Of a stretch of 64,000 bases of DNA, positions 41,178 to 53,135 are shown piece after piece. The stretch comes from Octopus sinensis (taxonomy: Eukaryota): contig NC_043006.1 of the NCBI RefSeq assembly GCF_006345805.1, positions 85,870,001 through 85,934,000 of the forward strand. The letters run 5' to 3'. Below the pieces are notes generated by a model, which saw nothing but the letters and a program-made list of their open reading frames with translations, was not told the origin of the DNA and ran no database searches. The stretch's first letter is position 1; each line of letters starts with the position of its first letter. Both the position numbers and the translations under genes were made by a program.

Positions 41178-41678
41178 TACATATATACATATACATATAT
41201 ATATATACATATATACATATACATATATATACATATATATACATATATATATATACATATATATATACATATAAATACATATATATATACACATATACAT
41301 ATATATATACATATATATATATACACATATACATATATATATACACATATATATATACATATATATATGCATATATATATATACACATATATATATACAC
41401 ATATATATACACATATATATATACAAATATATAAATACATATATATAAATACACATATATATATATATACATATATATATATACACATATATATACACAT
41501 ATATATACACATATATATACACATATATATACACATATATACACATATATATACACATATATATATATACATATATACATATATATACATACATATATAC
41601 ATATATATATATATGCATATATATATATACATACATATATATATATACATATATATATATATACATAAATATATACAT
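36851..41678. repeat. ~4.8-kb degenerate (TA)/(TACA)/(TATACA) array
   Basis: Almost exclusively T/A/C on +; source of the Y/I/M/C-repeat ORFs. Interrupted only at ~40933-41050. Confidence 0.97.
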
Positions 41679-42355
41679 ACAAGTTATGCAGATGATACAA
41701 AAGTTTCACAGGCAATACAGAACCCTGAGGACACTAAACGCCTGCAATGTGAGCTGGACAAAATATACAAGTGGGCTGAAAAGAATAGCATGCAGTTCAA
41801 AGCTGAAAAGTTTCAAGCGTTATGCTATCAGCATGCAAAACTAAATGCAATACCTAATGAATACACTGGACCCGGAGGAATTGCAATCCCAGAGGCACAA
41901 TCAGTGCATGACCTGGGTATTTACATGAGTGATGACGCAACCTTTCGTGTACATGTTGCTAAATTGGCAATGAAATGTAGATGACTGGCCGGATGGATTC
42001 TTAGAACCTTTAGAACAAAAGAACAAGAAACCATGATGGTTCTCTGGAGGACACTTGTCCTAAGCCACTTTGACTATTGCTCTCAGCTATGGTCACCATC
42101 CAGTGTCAAGTTGATCACAGAACTTGAGGCGATCCAACGTAGCTACATGAAGAAGATAGCCTCTGTGCAGAATATAAGGTACTGGGAAAGACTCAAGAGA
42201 TTAAAACTCTATTCCTTGGAGCGTAGGCGAGAAAGAAATGCCATAATATATATCTGGAAGATCCTAGAAGGACTTGTCCCAAACTTTGGCATCGAGAGTT
42301 ACTTCCGAGGCCCACAGCTCTTCAATATCCACCCGAAGAACCTAAGAGACCTGCG
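41679..42355 (+). mobile_element. CR1-like LINE 3' fragment, near-duplicate of 49395-50157 with an internal deletion
   Basis: [19 protein letters not shown]...LSHFDYCSQLWSP. Lacks the ~89 bp between GAGAGTTAC and TTCCGAGG. Confidence 0.9.
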
Positions 42356-44100
42356 GTACTGGCTACGGCCACGTTCGGATGGTTTTATTGTGTGCCACGT
42401 GCCACCGGCACTGGTACCACAAAGATACAAATTCCATTGATGTTCATCTATTTTGATTTGTTTTGATTTGATTTTCACTTGCCTCAACAGGTCTTCACAA
42501 GTGTCACAAGAAGGAAGGTATGCACAGGTGGACTGACTACGTCCCAGGTAGGGGCCATGGGTTATGGCCTGACTAGTCTTGCCGGGTCTTCGGATGGTGT
42601 TTTTATGTGCCACCGACACAGGTGCTAGATGAGGCTGGCGAACGGCCACGATCGGATGGTGTTTGTCATGTGCCCACCGCACTGACTACAGCACTGATGG
42701 ATTTCTTGTGTGCCACAGGCACTGGTACCACAAGATACAAATTCCATTGATGTTCATCTATTTTGTCTATTTTGATTTGATTTGATTTGATTTGATTGAT
42801 TTGATTTTCACTTGCCTCAACCGGTCTTCACAAGTGTCACAAGAAGGAAGGTATGCACAGGAGACTGACTAGTCTTGCCGGGTCTTCGGAAGTGTTTTTA
42901 TGTGCCCCGACACAGGTGCCAGATGAGGCTGGCGAACGGCCATGATGGATGGTGTTTGTTACGTGCCCACAGCACGGAGGCCGGTCGATGCGGAACTGCT
43001 ACGGCCACGTTCGGATGGTTCTCATGTGTGCCACCGGCACTGGTACCACAAAGATACAGATTCATTGATGTTCATCTATTTTGATTTGTTTTGATTTTGA
43101 TTTTCACTTGCCTCAACAGGTCTTCACAAGTGTCACAAGAAGGAAGGTATGCACAGGTGGACTGACTACGTCCTAGGTAGGGGCCATGGGTTATGGCCTG
43201 ACTAGTCTTGCCGGGTTTCGGATGGTGTTTTATGTGTCCACCGACACAGGTGCTAGATGAGGCTGGCGAACGGCCACGATCGGATGGTGTTTGTCATGTG
43301 CCCACAGCACGGAGGCCAGTCGATGCGGTACTGGCTACGGCCACTTTCGGATGTGCCCACAGCACGAGGCCAGTCGATGCGGTACTGGCTACGGCCACTT
43401 TCGGATGGTTTTCTCTTGTGTGCCACCGGCACTGGTACCACAAAGATACAAATTCCATTGATGTTCATCTATTTTGATTTGTTTTGATTTGATTTTGATT
43501 TTGATTTTCACTTGCCTCAACAGGCCTTCACAAGTATCACAAGGAGGAAGGTATGCACAGGTGGACTGACTACGTCCCAGGTAGGGGCCATGGTTTATGG
43601 CCTGACTAGTCTTGCCGGTCTTCGGATGGTGTTTTATGTGCCACCGACACAGGTGCTAGATGAGGGGCGAACGGCCACGACCGGATGGTGTTTGTTATGT
43701 TCCCACAGCACGATGGCCAGTGATGCGGGTACTGACTACGGCCATGTTCGGATGGATCTTGTGTGCCACTGGCACTGGTACCACAAGCGGTACTGACTAC
43801 TTTTTATGTGCCACCGACACAGGTGCTAGATGAGGCTGGCGAACGGCACGACCGGATGGTGTTTGTTATGTGCCCACAGCACGATGGCCAGTGATGCGGT
43901 AATGACTACGGCCAACGTTCGGATGGATTCTTGTGTGCCACCGGCACTGGTACCACAAAGATACAAATTCCATTGATGTTCATCTATTTTGATTGATTTT
44001 CACTTGCCTCCGCAGGTCTTCACAAGTGTCACAAGAAGGAAGGTATGCACAGGTGGATCGACTACGTCCCAGGTAGGGGCCACGGATATGGCCTGACTAG
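42356..44100 (-). repeat. About five tandem, variable (~300-490 bp) copies of an RTE 3' UTR segment
   Basis: Recurrent CTAGTC(T/C)TGCC at ~42573, 42868, 43201, 43606 and 44097; repeated CACTTGCCTCAACAGGTCTTCACAAGTG blocks. Confidence 0.85.
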
Positions 44101-44974
44101 TCCTGCCAGGTCCTCTCATGCACAGCACACTTCCATAGGACTCGGTCTTCAGTCATTACCTTGGTGAGACCTAAAGTTCGAAGTCGTGCTTACCACCTCG
44201 TCCCAGGTTTTCCTGGGTACCTCTTCCACATGTTCCCTCAACTGCTAGGGTGTAGCACTTTTGCACACAACTATCTTCAGCCATTCTCGTCAATTGACAT
44301 ACCAGCGCAGCCGTCTCTCTTGCACACACACAACTGACACTTCTTAGGTTCAACTTTTCTCTCAAAGTACTTACACTCTGATGATTATGAACACTGACAT
44401 TACACATCCATCGGAGCATACTGGCTTCATTTCTTGCAAGCTTACACATATCCTCAGCTGTCACGGCCCATGTTTCACTACCATGTAGCATGGCTGTACG
44501 TACACACGCATCATATAGTCTGCCTTTTACTCTTAGCGAGAGGCCTTTTGTCACCAGCAGGGGTAAGAGCTCTCTAACTTTGCCCAGGCTATTCTTACTC
44601 TAGCAGTTACACTTTCAGCACACCCACACCCCTAGGTAGCGGAAGCTATCAACTACTTCTAGTTTGTCTCCCTGGAACGTGTAGAAGTTGGTCTCTGCAC
44701 ATTTCCAGTGTTATTTCTCTGAGCATCTGCCACAGACAAAAACTATTTTCTTAGTAGCCTTCCTTTGACATTGCTGCACCTCTTATGGGTCCATAGCTTA
44801 CACTTGGTGCACCTTATAGAGTTTCTACCTACACCTTTTTTACAGATCGAGCAGGGCCATCTACCTGAAGTCGTTTGTGGTTGGTCCACCTTCCTACTTA
44901 TTAGGACTTTGGTTTTGGCTAGGTTGATCTAAGGCCCTTCGATTTTAATCCTTGTTTCCACATCTGAAACTTCT
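44101..44974 (-). mobile_element. RTE LINE ORF2 C-terminal part running into the gap
   Basis: TKGLSLRVKGRLYDACVRTAMLHGSETWAVTAEDM, nearly collinear with 32940-33790. Confidence 0.92.
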
Positions 44975-45074
44975 NNNNNNNNNNNNNNNNNNNNNNNNNN
45001 NNNNNNNNNNNNNNNNNNNNNNNNNNNNNNNNNNNNNNNNNNNNNNNNNNNNNNNNNNNNNNNNNNNNNNNNNN
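44975..45074. other. Assembly gap (100 N)
   Basis: Run of n. Confidence 1.
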
Positions 45075-45559
45075 ATATACTATATATACATATATATACA
45101 TATATATGGTTTCGTTGTCAGCAGAGAAAGACGTGATTGCCTTTGCTCTGTGAAAAAGTTGCATAGATCGGCGAAATAACCCACTGTAGTTGCAAAACGT
45201 AAAACTCTAAGTCATAGAGATCACTGCAAACACTTTGGTTAAAACAATTTTAAAAAATATAATATAAATATATACATATACACAGTTAATTTTCATTTTC
45301 GCCGAAACGCACATGGTGCAAAATAACTGAATCAAGTTATCTCCTGCAAGAAAGGAAGAAAGAAGCATCTCTCCTGAAAAAAATCCCGTAAACCCAAAAA
45401 AAAATAATCCAGACCATTGTTGGATAAGTATCAATTTCATCTATTTCATATTTTATTTATTATTCTATTTTATCTTTCACTTAGGCCCACATCTTAGTTA
45501 AAGTTGCGATCGTCATTTTGTTGTTTACATTTTCAATATCTGTTCTCGATATAATAATT

Positions 45560-46390
45560 TCCAGATACTCTATCTTCTAATTAGCCTTAAGATTAAATTA
45601 AATAACGTTTAATATTGATACCGTCAAATTAGCCTTAGGATTAAATTAAATAACGTTTAATATTGTTTAATATTGTTAATAATTATGTAATTAGCCTTAA
45701 GATTAAATTAAATAACGTTTAATATTGTCTTAATATTGTTAATAATTTTTCAGATACTCTATCTTCTAATTAGCCTTAAGATTAAATTAAATACGTTTAA
45801 TATTAAAAACGTCTAATTAGCCTTAGGATTAAATTAAATAACGTTTAATATTGTTTAATATTGTAATATTATTGTTAATTAGCCTTAAGATTAAATTAAA
45901 TAACGTTTAATATTACCCACACTCTAATAATATTAACATTGCTAATATATTTTCAGAGACTCTATCTCCTGATTAGCCTTAAGATTAAATAACGCTTTTT
46001 TCCACACTCTAATATATATTAATATTGCTAATATATTTTCAGATACTCTATCTTCTAATTAGCCTTAAGATTAAATTAAATAACGTTTAATATTAATAAT
46101 GTCTAATTAGCCTTAAGATTAAATTAAATAACGGTTAATATTGCTTAATATTGTATATATAATTTTTCAGATACTCTGTCTTCTAATTAGCCTTAAGATT
46201 AAATTAAATAACGTTTAATATTACCCACACTCTAATATAATATTAATATTGCTAATACATTTTCAGATACTCTATCCCCTAATTAGCCTTAAGATTAAAT
46301 AACGTTTTTACCCAAATAACGTTTTTACACAAACTTTAATATTGTTAATATTTCTTTTTCAAGTACTCTATCTTCTAATTAGCCTTAATA
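45560..46390. repeat. AT-rich tandem array, 12 copies of core ATTAGCCTTAAGATTAAATTAAATAACGTTT with variable spacers
   Basis: Core copies counted directly; units ~47-97 bp. Confidence 0.9.
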
Positions 46391-46419
46391 TCTTCCTGTC
46401 TTCTCTCGAACATAATTAG

Positions 46420-49400
46420 ATAGATAAACGGATAGACGGATTATCCAGCATGTCCAGAGCATGGAGACGTGACGAGCTGGATTTATTTGTACGAGCATGG
46501 GAGTGCGCCGGCGGAGATACCCTAGGGAGGTGATGCGGCTGCGCTGAAGAGCAGAGGCTACAAGAGGACAGCGGCTCAGATGGAGCGAAAGAGACAGGAA
46601 TTCGTGCGCTCATATGCGTTGTACGGTCGCACATTGGCGCACTTGATGCCATCTTTGAGAACGAGCGGAGCAAAGATGGCAAGAATGGAGACGATGAATG
46701 AAAAGAATCACCCCCACCTGGTGGACGCCCGGGAGGAGGTTTTGAATGAGAAACCTGCCCGGGAAGTGGAACCCAGGTGCAAGTTCTCAACCGGCAGCAA
46801 GGGCCATGGAGACGGAGAACCCGGTGAAGAGGTAGAGGGAGGAAGAAGAACTAAAAGAAGGACTGGAAGAGCTAAAGGAAAAGAAAAAGCTCAAGCAGGA
46901 CCAAAGAGTGAAACAACCAGAAATAGAAGTGGAACCGCAAAGGATGGAACCAAACAGCGCACACGGTGTGTATGTTCTACCGAGAGGTTCCTGCTGGCAT
47001 GGAAAGGAAGGTGCAGGCTGCCGCTTTGCACATCGGGGACCCTGCCACAGAGACATGAGGCAGATGGACAAACCATCAACACAAAGAAAAAGGGATGGAC
47101 CACGCACCACCTGCCCCAAAGCGGAGGTACGCAGATGTTGTGCGCGCCACAAACAGCCAACATGATGTTGTCGAAAGAGCAGCTGCTGAGCACATCAACT
47201 TTTTTGTGCATGGCACAAAAGATTGTACAGCAGCTGACCTGGCTCATCAAACCCAACCGCAGCCGCAGGTGGGACTACCCACTATAACCAGACCCCACCA
47301 CAGCAACAGGATGGACACACAGGACACACGCCGGCAAACAACGTACACCTCACCTCGATACTCCTACTGAACATCAGAGGACTGCAAACACTCAGTAACA
47401 GGACAAAGATCCCGTTCCTGAGAGACTTTGTTGCATGCAATCAAGCCTTATGCATAGCACTTACAGAAACGCACCTGAAACCGGACATAGCAGATGCGGA
47501 GTTACACATACCACAGTATGCTGTACGACGGACCGACAGGAAAGAAAGGAGTCATGGAGGTGTTGCTATGTACATCCGTGAGGAACTCACACCCCAGGTC
47601 CTCTTGTCATACTCAAACTCGGTGTGTGACACACTAATTGTACATATCAGGCAACTTGATGTAGTTGTGTGTGCTACATATCGCCCTCCAGATGCCCCAA
47701 GCCATGTGGGCAAGTTTGAAGACTGCCTTATAAAAATAGAAGAAATTCTAACCACATTAGAACAACACATAGGTGTGCTTCTTATGGGAGACTTCAATCT
47801 GCCCAATGTCAGATGGCCCGAGGGCCTTTCTCTCCCAGGAATGACAACATGTGAACGAGGACAGGCGAGGTCCCTCCTGAACCTCACAACACCCTGTACA
47901 TGGAGCAGGTAATACTCCAACCAACCAGGGCAGGAAACACACTGGATCTCTGCTTCACAAATGACATGGATCTCATCCATAATGTGAAAGTGACACCGAC
48001 ACTACTCTCGGATCACAACATGATAGAGCTGACCATGTACGGGCCAAAAGAGAGCACGGACATGCAGCCTACAAGAAACCCTCAGAATCTTTCCAGCTTG
48101 AACGGAAAGGCAAACTGGAAACAAATTGAGAAAGAGATCCTCAAACAAAACTGGCCTAAATGTCTCTCCTCGCCAGACATCGACGTGAAACTTCAACAAT
48201 TCATGTCTGTAATGCAAGCCATATGCTACAAATGTGTCCCAGAGAGAAAGGCCACGTACACAGAACAAAATCCCCAGAGAGAGAGAGAAAATTTTAATGA
48301 GACGGGTACGAAATTTTCAAATCGCCTAAACAAACAGATTGAAAGCAGTGAAAAGTCCCGCCTAAAAATAAAACTGTTGGAAATCGAAAAATGTCTGCAA
48401 CTCTCCCATGAAAAAGAAAGAGCAGACAGAGAAGCCTGGGCTATAGAAAACATAAAATCTAACCCCAGAGCTTTCTACAGGTATGCCAAAGAAACAGCTA
48501 CAGTGTACTGTAGAATAGGGCCACTCCTCGAAAAGGATGGCACACTTACAGGAAAACCAATGAGGGTAAGTGAAATACTGAATGAGCAATTCAAGAGTGT
48601 TTTCACTCCACCCCTTGGGCATCTCCAAATCACCAATCCAACTGACTTTTTTAACACTGCAGATATAAAATCAGAGGCGGCGACGATAGATTACATCGAT
48701 ATAAAGGAAGAAGATGTAACCAAGGCTATAGATGAAATGAAAACAGACTCAGCTACTGGCCCCGATGGATTCCCGGCAATCCTCCTAAAAGCATGTAAGA
48801 GAGTCCTAGCAAGACCACTGCAGTTCCTCTTTCAGAGCTTCCTTGCAGCTGGCAAACTTCCAGGAAAACTGAAGGAAGGTAAAATATGCCCCATTCATAA
48901 AGGAGGTAGCAGAGCGGAAGCCAAGAACTATAGACCTATCTCTCTGACCTCACACATCAGCAAGGTCATGGAACGAATAGTCAGAAGGAAGCTGATCACC
49001 TTCCTTGAAGAGAAATGACTTGCTGCCCGACACCCAACATGGTTTCCGACCAGGGAGAAGCTGTTTAACTCAGCTCCTACAACACTATGACTGGGTGCTG
49101 AAACGGCTGCTCAACCACTCAAATGTGGAGTGATATATCTCGACTTTGCAAAGGCCTTTGATAAGTCGATCATGGAATGATATGTCACAACTGCGTGATC
49201 TCAACATAGTTGGAAAACTGGGAGATGGCTTCATGACTTTTGAAGGATAGAAGTCAGGTGGTGTAGTAGCCAATGGGGCCACCTCCATTAACACACAAAT
49301 AGTGAGCGGTGTTCCGCAGGGCACTGTTCTGGGACCACTACTGTTCATAATGGCCCTCTCAGACATGCCCTCAGCCACGCAGAGAGCCACGATCACAAGT

Positions 49401-50402
49401 TATGCAGATGATACAAAAGTTTCACAGGCAATACAGAACCCTGAGGACACTAAACACCTGCAATGTGAGCTGGACGAAATATACAAGTGGGCTGAAAAGA
49501 TAGCATGCAGTCAATTCAATGCTGAAAGTTTCAAGCTTTATACTATCAGCATGCAAAACTGAATGCAATACCCAATGAATACACTGGACCCGGAGGGATT
49601 GCAATCCCAGAGGCACAATCAGTGCGTGACCTGGGTATTCACATGAGTGATGACGCGACCTTTCATGTACATGTTGCTAAACTGACAATGAAATGTAGAC
49701 GGCTGGCTGGATGGATTCTTAGAACCTTTAGAACAAGAGAACAAGAAACCATGATGGTCCTCTGGAAGACACTTGTCCTAAGCCACTTTGACTATTGCTC
49801 TCAGCTATGTCACCATCCAGTGTCAAGTTGATCACAGAACTTGAGGCGACCCAACGAAGCTACACAAAGAAGATAGCCTCTATGCAGAATGTAAGCTACT
49901 GGGAAAGACTCAAGAGATTAAAATTATATTCCCTGGAGCGTAGGCGGGAAAGATATGCCATAATACATCTGGAAGATCCTGGAGGGAAGTGTCTTGAACT
50001 TTGGCATCGAGAGTTACGCAAATGCCAGAACTGGGCGCACTGCGTGGTGCCTAGGACTCCAAACCTGCCATCAAGATGTAGGACAAGATTCTGTGATAGC
50101 CTGGCTTCCGAGGCCCACAGCTCTTCAATATCCTCCCGAAGAACCTGAGAGACCTGCATGGGGTGGATACAGATGTCTTTAAAATGAAGCTGGATCTCTT
50201 CCTGTCAGGTGTCCCAGATGAACCAACTTCACGGCAGGAGGGGCAGATGAGGGCAGCTGCATCGAACTCTCTCATGCACCAAATAGCAGTTGCTAGAAAG
50301 CCTCCATGAAGTGAAACCAAGTAGCAACACCAAATGGCGGTGCCCCAGCATGGCCACAGCTCATAAGCTGAAACTAGAATCAATCAATCAATCAATCAAT
50401 CA
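46420..50402 (+). mobile_element. Near full-length CR1-like LINE (ORF1 with CCCH finger, APE endonuclease, RT), frameshifted, with (AATC)n tail
   Basis: EN motifs HGGVAMYI, YRPP, MGDFNLP; RT motifs GPDGFP, NYRPISLTS, SGVPQGTVLGPLLF, YADDT. 3' motif GGTGCCCCAGCATGGCC plus hairpin plus (AATC)n. Confidence 0.92.
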
Positions 50403-50586
50403 ATATACATATATATATATATATATATACATACATATATATATATACATATACATACATATATATATATACATATACATACATATATATATATACATAT
50501 ACATACATATATATATATACATATACATACATATATATATATATACATATATACATATATATACATATATACATATATACATATAT

Positions 50587-50635
<49 letters not shown>

Positions 50636-50829
50636 CATATACTAAGTAATTAAGGCTTCAGCAACGATTTGCCTCACCACACACCGAATTTAGAAATAGC
50701 AGTCAAAGAGTTATAGCTATTCCTTTCTACTAAAAGGGAGATCTCAGTAAAACCACATCACTTGAAAGGCAAACACAGACAGGCAATGAGAAAGAAAATG
50801 ACGACAATCGATCATACAATAAAAAGTCA

Positions 50830-50920
50830 CCTACGGACGTATGTTTCGAAATCAAGTTTTAGGAAAGCATAATAATTAGATAATCTTGTCTTACCCAACT
50901 TCTTTTCTCATCAGCGTAGG
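50830..50920 (-). ncRNA. Type I minimal hammerhead ribozyme (sense to SHC pre-mRNA)
   Basis: CCTACG-CTGATGA-GAAA...TTTC-GAAA-C-ATAC-GTC|CGTAGG. Complete core and 6-bp stem I; the stem III loop is non-palindromic. Confidence 0.8.
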
Positions 50921-51312
50921 ATACTACAATTAAGAATAATTGTATATTAAATTTCGCAGTACTAGAAGACATCATCTCAACTGATAGTATCAGAGCGAGC
51001 CAAAGCCATTACTAGTATCGCCAAATTCAAAGTGTGAATGAAAGTCTGTGTCACCAGCCCCCTCCTACCAGCGTGCAGCCAAGACAAGATGTTGTGGTCA
51101 TTTACCGGGATGAACTATGGTTATCAGTAATAATGTAGGGTGAAATTAATTAATTTAGAATAATCATTAATTTCACCATGTAGATTTCGGCATGTAAAAG
51201 CCCCATTTGAGGAAAGTTTAAGTAATACTAAGTAATTAAGGGTTTAGCAACGATTTGCCTCACCACACACCGAATTTAGAAATAGCAGTCAAAGAGTTAT
51301 AGCTATTCCTTT

Positions 51313-51401
51313 CTACGCTGATGAGAAAAGAAGTTGGGTAAGACAAGATTATCTAATTCTTATGCTTTCCTAAAACTTGATTTCGAAACGTACGTCCGTA
51401 G
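51313..51401 (+). ncRNA. Type I minimal hammerhead ribozyme
   Basis: CTACG-CTGATGA-GAAA...TTTC-GAAA-C-GTAC-GTC|CGTAG. Complete core, palindromic stem III ACGTACGT, predicted cleavage after 51396. Confidence 0.87.
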
Positions 51402-51684
51402 GTGACTTTTTATTGTATGATTGATTGTCGTCATTTTCTTTCTCTCTTGCCTGTCTGTGTTTGCCTTTCAAGTGATGTGGTTTTACTGAGATCTCCCTTT
51501 TAGTAGAAAGGAATAGCTATAACTCTTTGACTGCTATTTCTAAATTCGGTGTGTGGTGAGGCAAATCGTTGCTAAACCCTTAATTACTTAGTATTACTTA
51601 AACTTTCCTCAAATGCCGAAATCTACATGGTGAAATTAATGATTATTCTAAATTAATTAATTTCACCCTACATTATTACTGATA

Positions 51685-51767
51685 TATATACATATATATA
51701 TACATATATATATATACATATATATATACATACATATATATACATATATATATATACATATATATAC

Positions 51768-51802
<35 letters not shown>

Positions 51803-51880
51803 CATATATAATATATAACATACATATATATATATATATATACATATATATACATATATATATATACTATATATATATAT
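51685..51880. repeat. (TA/TACA)n array
   Basis: Low-complexity run. Confidence 0.95.
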
Positions 51881-52091
51881 TATGTGAAATAGAAAGATGA
51901 ATAATCTTGTAGTAGATTAATCAAAAGTTTAACCGATACCTTAGTAGCAAAAATCACAGCAGTAAACAGCACGGTTGGAGGTACAACCATCTGGCGTTGC
52001 AACCGTGCGTTGGTGCGGATAATTGAAATTAAAACATTATTGGTGAATTGAAGAAATGGAGCTGAACGCAGATTGAACAGAAATCGTTTTA

Positions 52092-52180
52092 TTTCATTCT
52101 ACACGTGTTTCGAAAGGCACAAATTACCAAAATCCGATTGAATAATGGGACCATATTGTGTCTTTCTCTTCAGGAAGAAA
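52092..52180 (-). ncRNA. Type I minimal hammerhead ribozyme (sense to SHC pre-mRNA)
   Basis: Mirror image of 52920-53008. Confidence 0.8.
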
Positions 52181-52919
52181 AAAGGAAATCCGTTGGAAAA
52201 CAAAAACAGAACAGAGGCGGAGCAAAAAACAAATCGAACTGTGCTCCTAAGAGCCCATGGCGAAACTGTTTATCAGTGTATGTTGAGAACCGGTGGCTGA
52301 AGAATTCAACGGGTCAGGCATCGGTCAATCATGTGGGTGAGGGTGTATAGATGTTCTTTGTGACCGAGAATAAAGTTCTGACTATTTAAAGAATATTGGA
52401 TGTTTTATAAGGGGCGAGAAAAAATCTACTTAGAGACGTGTGTGTGTGTATACTGTTCTATATATGTGTGGTTGGCGTAGGGGTAGAAAACATTTTTTGT
52501 GTACGTGTGTGCGTTTGATCGTTCGGCTGTCAGTGGCTACTGCCGTGATAACCGTTGGGTGGCAGAAAGAAAAAAATAAAAAATTATATATATATATTAT
52601 GTTTTATGTGTGTGTGTTCATCTAAGCCTGCCTTGTCAAGGAAACCCCCCGCTGTGAAAAAACCAAGCCCCGTTTGTCTTACAGGAGTAATTCCCCTTGC
52701 AGTGGTTAATCGTAGATATCTTAAAGGCTATTTCAGAATTTGTTACCAAGGGCTATGGGTGCTGGTATTATTTATAAACGCTATTTAAAGGCCAGATGAG
52801 TGTAACGCTGCCAATGGGGGCATCGAAAAGCCGACTGTAAGAGCCCGTTTACCATCCGGCCTCTGTTTGTTTTTTGCTCCGCCTCTGTTCTGTTTTTGTT
52901 TTTCCAACGGATTTCCTTT

Positions 52920-53008
52920 TTTCTTCCTGAAGAGAAAGACACAATATGGTCCCATTATTCAATCGGATTTTGGTAATTTGTGCCTTTCGAAACACGTGTA
53001 GAATGAAA
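52920..53008 (+). ncRNA. Type I minimal hammerhead ribozyme
   Basis: TTTCTTC-CTGAAGA-GAAAG...CTTTC-GAAA-CACGTG-TA|GAA(T)GAAA. Palindromic stem III ACACGTGT, GUA triplet, AATAAA at 53007-53012. Confidence 0.82.
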
Positions 53009-53043
53009 TAAAACGATTTCTGTTCAATCTGCGTTCAGCTCCA

Positions 53044-53104
53044 CATATATATATATATATATACATATATATACATATATATACATACATATATATATAC
53101 ATAC

Positions 53105-53135
<31 letters not shown>

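Larger units (their letters stand above)
50639..51684. mobile_element. Composite inverted/direct repeat element, Penelope-like pLTR architecture, with two divergent hammerheads
   Basis: 50639-50919 inverted to 51313-51594; 51122-51316 inverted to 51503-51684; 51226-51316 is a direct repeat of 50639-50730. Confidence 0.85.
51882..53046. mobile_element. Fold-back element with 177-bp near-perfect inverted arms (52057-52233 / 52866-53043), each carrying a hammerhead; the minus-strand unit extends to ~51882
   Basis: Arms differ by about one indel; flanked by TA arrays. Confidence 0.87.

Noticed and set aside
36815-41715. Dozens of long Y/I/M/C/V/H-repeat ORFs (also 19.5, 50.4, 53 and 55 kb)
   Set aside because: Translations of TA/CA microsatellite that lack stops by composition; overlapping in all frames; no protein signal.
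42470-42570. HDV-like ribozyme in the RTE 3' UTR (CCTTCCTTCTTG loop-like motif)
   Set aside because: Could not build P1/P1.1/P2; known RTE HDV-like ribozymes are 5' terminal.
45560-46390. CRISPR-like repeat/spacer look (also 29692-29838)
   Set aside because: Eukaryotic context, spacers related to each other and of variable length, no cas genes.
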